Of a stretch of 64,000 nt of DNA, positions 62,249 through 64,000 are shown piece after piece (the first letter of the stretch is position 1; every line of letters begins with the position of its first letter). The DNA is taken from positions 3,008,001 through 3,072,000 of the forward strand of contig OY764159.1 of assembly GCA_963668175.1 (NCBI GenBank), in the 5' to 3' direction. This DNA comes from Syntrophales bacterium. GTDB lineage: Bacteria > Desulfobacterota > Syntrophia > Syntrophales > PHBD01. The notes under the pieces were generated by a model, which was not told the origin of the DNA, ran no database searches, and worked only from the letters and a program-made list of their open reading frames with translations. A program made the position numbers and the translations under genes.

Positions 62249-63832
62249 TCAATAGCCCAGCCGGACGGCATTCTTTCGCGCCTGCTCCTTGAGGGGTCCC
62301 GAGAAACCGACCTGTACATAAATGTCGTAGGCCTGGCGATAATAACGGCCCGCCGCGTCGCGGTCCTTTTTCTTCTCCATCGCGACGCCCATATTATACA
62401 TAAGGTTGGCGTAATCGGCCGTGTTCTGGAGCTTCAGGGCGTCCCGGATCGCCTGTGCCTCGCGGTACACGCCGAGGGCCCGGTCCGTGTCGCCCTTGCC
62501 GGTATAGGCCACCCCCATGTTCGCCAGGAGGTTGGCATAGGGCCCCGTCTGCTGGAGGCCCAGCGTGTCCCGGAGGGACCGGGAATCCTCATAGAACCTG
62601 AGGGCCTCGTCCGTCCGGCCCTGCCGCCGGTGGATGACACCGATGTTCATGAGGAGCAGGGCGTACTGGGATGTATTCTTCCGGCCCAGCTGGTCGCGAA
62701 TCGCCTGGGAATCGAGGTAATACCTGAGGGCCTGGTCGTTGTCGTTCTTCTTGTCGTAAGCGACGCCGATATTCATGAGCACAAGGGCATACTGCTCCGT
62801 ATTCTGCTGGCCGAGTTTGTCGCGGATATCCCGGCACTCCTGAAAGTACCTCAGCGCCTCGTCCGCCTGCCCCTTGACCAGGTAAGCATTGCCCATGCTC
62901 AGGAGCACGTTCGCGTATTCGCCCGTCGTCTGCATATGGAGCTGCTCGCGCAACCGCCGGGCGTCTTCGTAATAGACCAAGGCCGTATCCGGCTGTCCCT
63001 TGGCATTATAGATACTGCCCAGGGTCACATTGAATTTTGCGTAGTCCGACGAATTCACGTCCTTTCTTTCTTTAAAGATCCGATCCGCTCTCCCCAGGTA
63101 GGCCAGGCTCTCCTCAAACCGGTTGAGCGTGTTTCCCGAGACGTAACCGGCCTGGATCAGGGCATCGATATACCGGCTGTCCTTTTCCAGGGCCTGTTGG
63201 AAAAGGGCGAGGGAACCGCGGGGGTTCGTTCCCATCAACTGCAGCCCTTTTGCATAGAGCTCGTAGGCATCCTTATTGGTCCGCTGCTTCCCGGCGATCT
63301 TCTTCTTCTCGTCGTCGGCGATTCTTATCTGGGGAATGTGGGCGATCTGAACTTTTTCCGTTTCCGAAAGCAGGCTGAAAACAACCCGGTCCTGAAGATC
63401 GAAGATACCGTCCATCACACCGTCCAGCTTGGTCGTGCTTTCGACCCTGCCCGATTCGACGTTCATCAGTTTGGCGTTGACCCTGATCCTGTCTCCCGCC
63501 ACGAGGTAACTTCCCGAGAAGATGATGTTGGCCCCCGTCATCTTGCCGATGGCGACCATGTTTTCCTCGCTCGCCATACCGGAGCGGCTGAATTTCATCT
63601 CCTCCAGGGCGCGCTTCCGGTCGCTTTCCGAAACGACGGAAATTTCCTTGATCTTTCCGAGATCGGAGATCACCGTGTCTGTCATGCCTGCCGATATCCA
63701 GGCAAATTTCTGGTCGCCCGTGTTCTCGAAGGGATAGACGAGGATGTTCATTTGCCTTGCCTGCGCCGGACCGGACACGAGGATGGCGACAGCCGCCAGG
63801 ACTGCAATGTGTAAAGGACAATGTTTACGCAT
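62249..63832 (-). CDS. Secreted FlgO/TolB-N-like domain protein with 42-aa TPR array
   Basis: Signal peptide, ILVYPFENTG...SGSY...IRVNAKL..VESG, then about six 42-aa TPRs (YA.LLMNIG..Y...G..DEAL.YY). Confidence 0.85.
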   Translation of the reverse strand: MRKHCPLHIAVLAAVAILVSGPAQARQMNILVYPFENTGDQKFAWISAGMTDTVISDLGKIKEISVVSESDRKRALEEMKFSRSGMASEENMVAIGKMTGANIIFSGSYLVAGDRIRVNAKLMNVESGRVESTTKLDGVMDGIFDLQDRVVFSLLSETEKVQIAHIPQIRIADDEKKKIAGKQRTNKDAYELYAKGLQLMGTNPRGSLALFQQALEKDSRYIDALIQAGYVSGNTLNRFEESLAYLGRADRIFKERKDVNSSDYAKFNVTLGSIYNAKGQPDTALVYYEDARRLREQLHMQTTGEYANVLLSMGNAYLVKGQADEALRYFQECRDIRDKLGQQNTEQYALVLMNIGVAYDKKNDNDQALRYYLDSQAIRDQLGRKNTSQYALLLMNIGVIHRRQGRTDEALRFYEDSRSLRDTLGLQQTGPYANLLANMGVAYTGKGDTDRALGVYREAQAIRDALKLQNTADYANLMYNMGVAMEKKKDRDAAGRYYRQAYDIYVQVGFSGPLKEQARKNAVRLGY

Positions 63833-64000
63833 GGTGGACCTCGCTGAACTGGATTCTGTTCTCATTTGGGAAAGGGGCATGCCGGTTGATCGCCGACGGG
63901 AAGGTCAGCCTTGTTGCTTCACCGGCCTGCGCATTTATACATCAACCGCGCCGAAACCTCAAGTTTGCTCTTTGAGTCCGGATGGTTCGCCCGTCTTCAC

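Overview
High-GC bacterial chromosomal segment. Gene content (many PAS hybrid kinases, HDOD, DUF362/DUF169, a sigma54 promoter) suggests an anaerobic Deltaproteobacterium/Desulfobacterota such as Syntrophales; this is inference. About 49 CDSs: lepA-hemW; a TRAP transporter with a class III CoA-transferase; a signalling region with four hybrid histidine kinases and an HDOD protein; a GntR-linked 2-hydroxy-acid cluster (LarA-family racemase/epimerase, Liv-type ABC transporter, glycerate kinase, split UxaA/SuyAB lyase, beta-hydroxyacid dehydrogenase); an mdtABC/outer-membrane-factor efflux operon; MarR with a stand-alone molybdopterin oxidoreductase; htpG; and a Tat aldo/keto reductase-DUF cluster. 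No rRNA, tRNA, CRISPR array or mobile element was recognised. The strongest leads are the LarA+UxaA pathway with a 27/28-bp duplicated promoter/operator, a molybdoenzyme with Glu at the apparent metal-ligand position, a probable pseudokinase, a sigma54 promoter with a tandem enhancer-like element upstream of mdtA, and a candidate ~200-nt structured RNA. All calls come from reading motifs by eye; no database searches were run.
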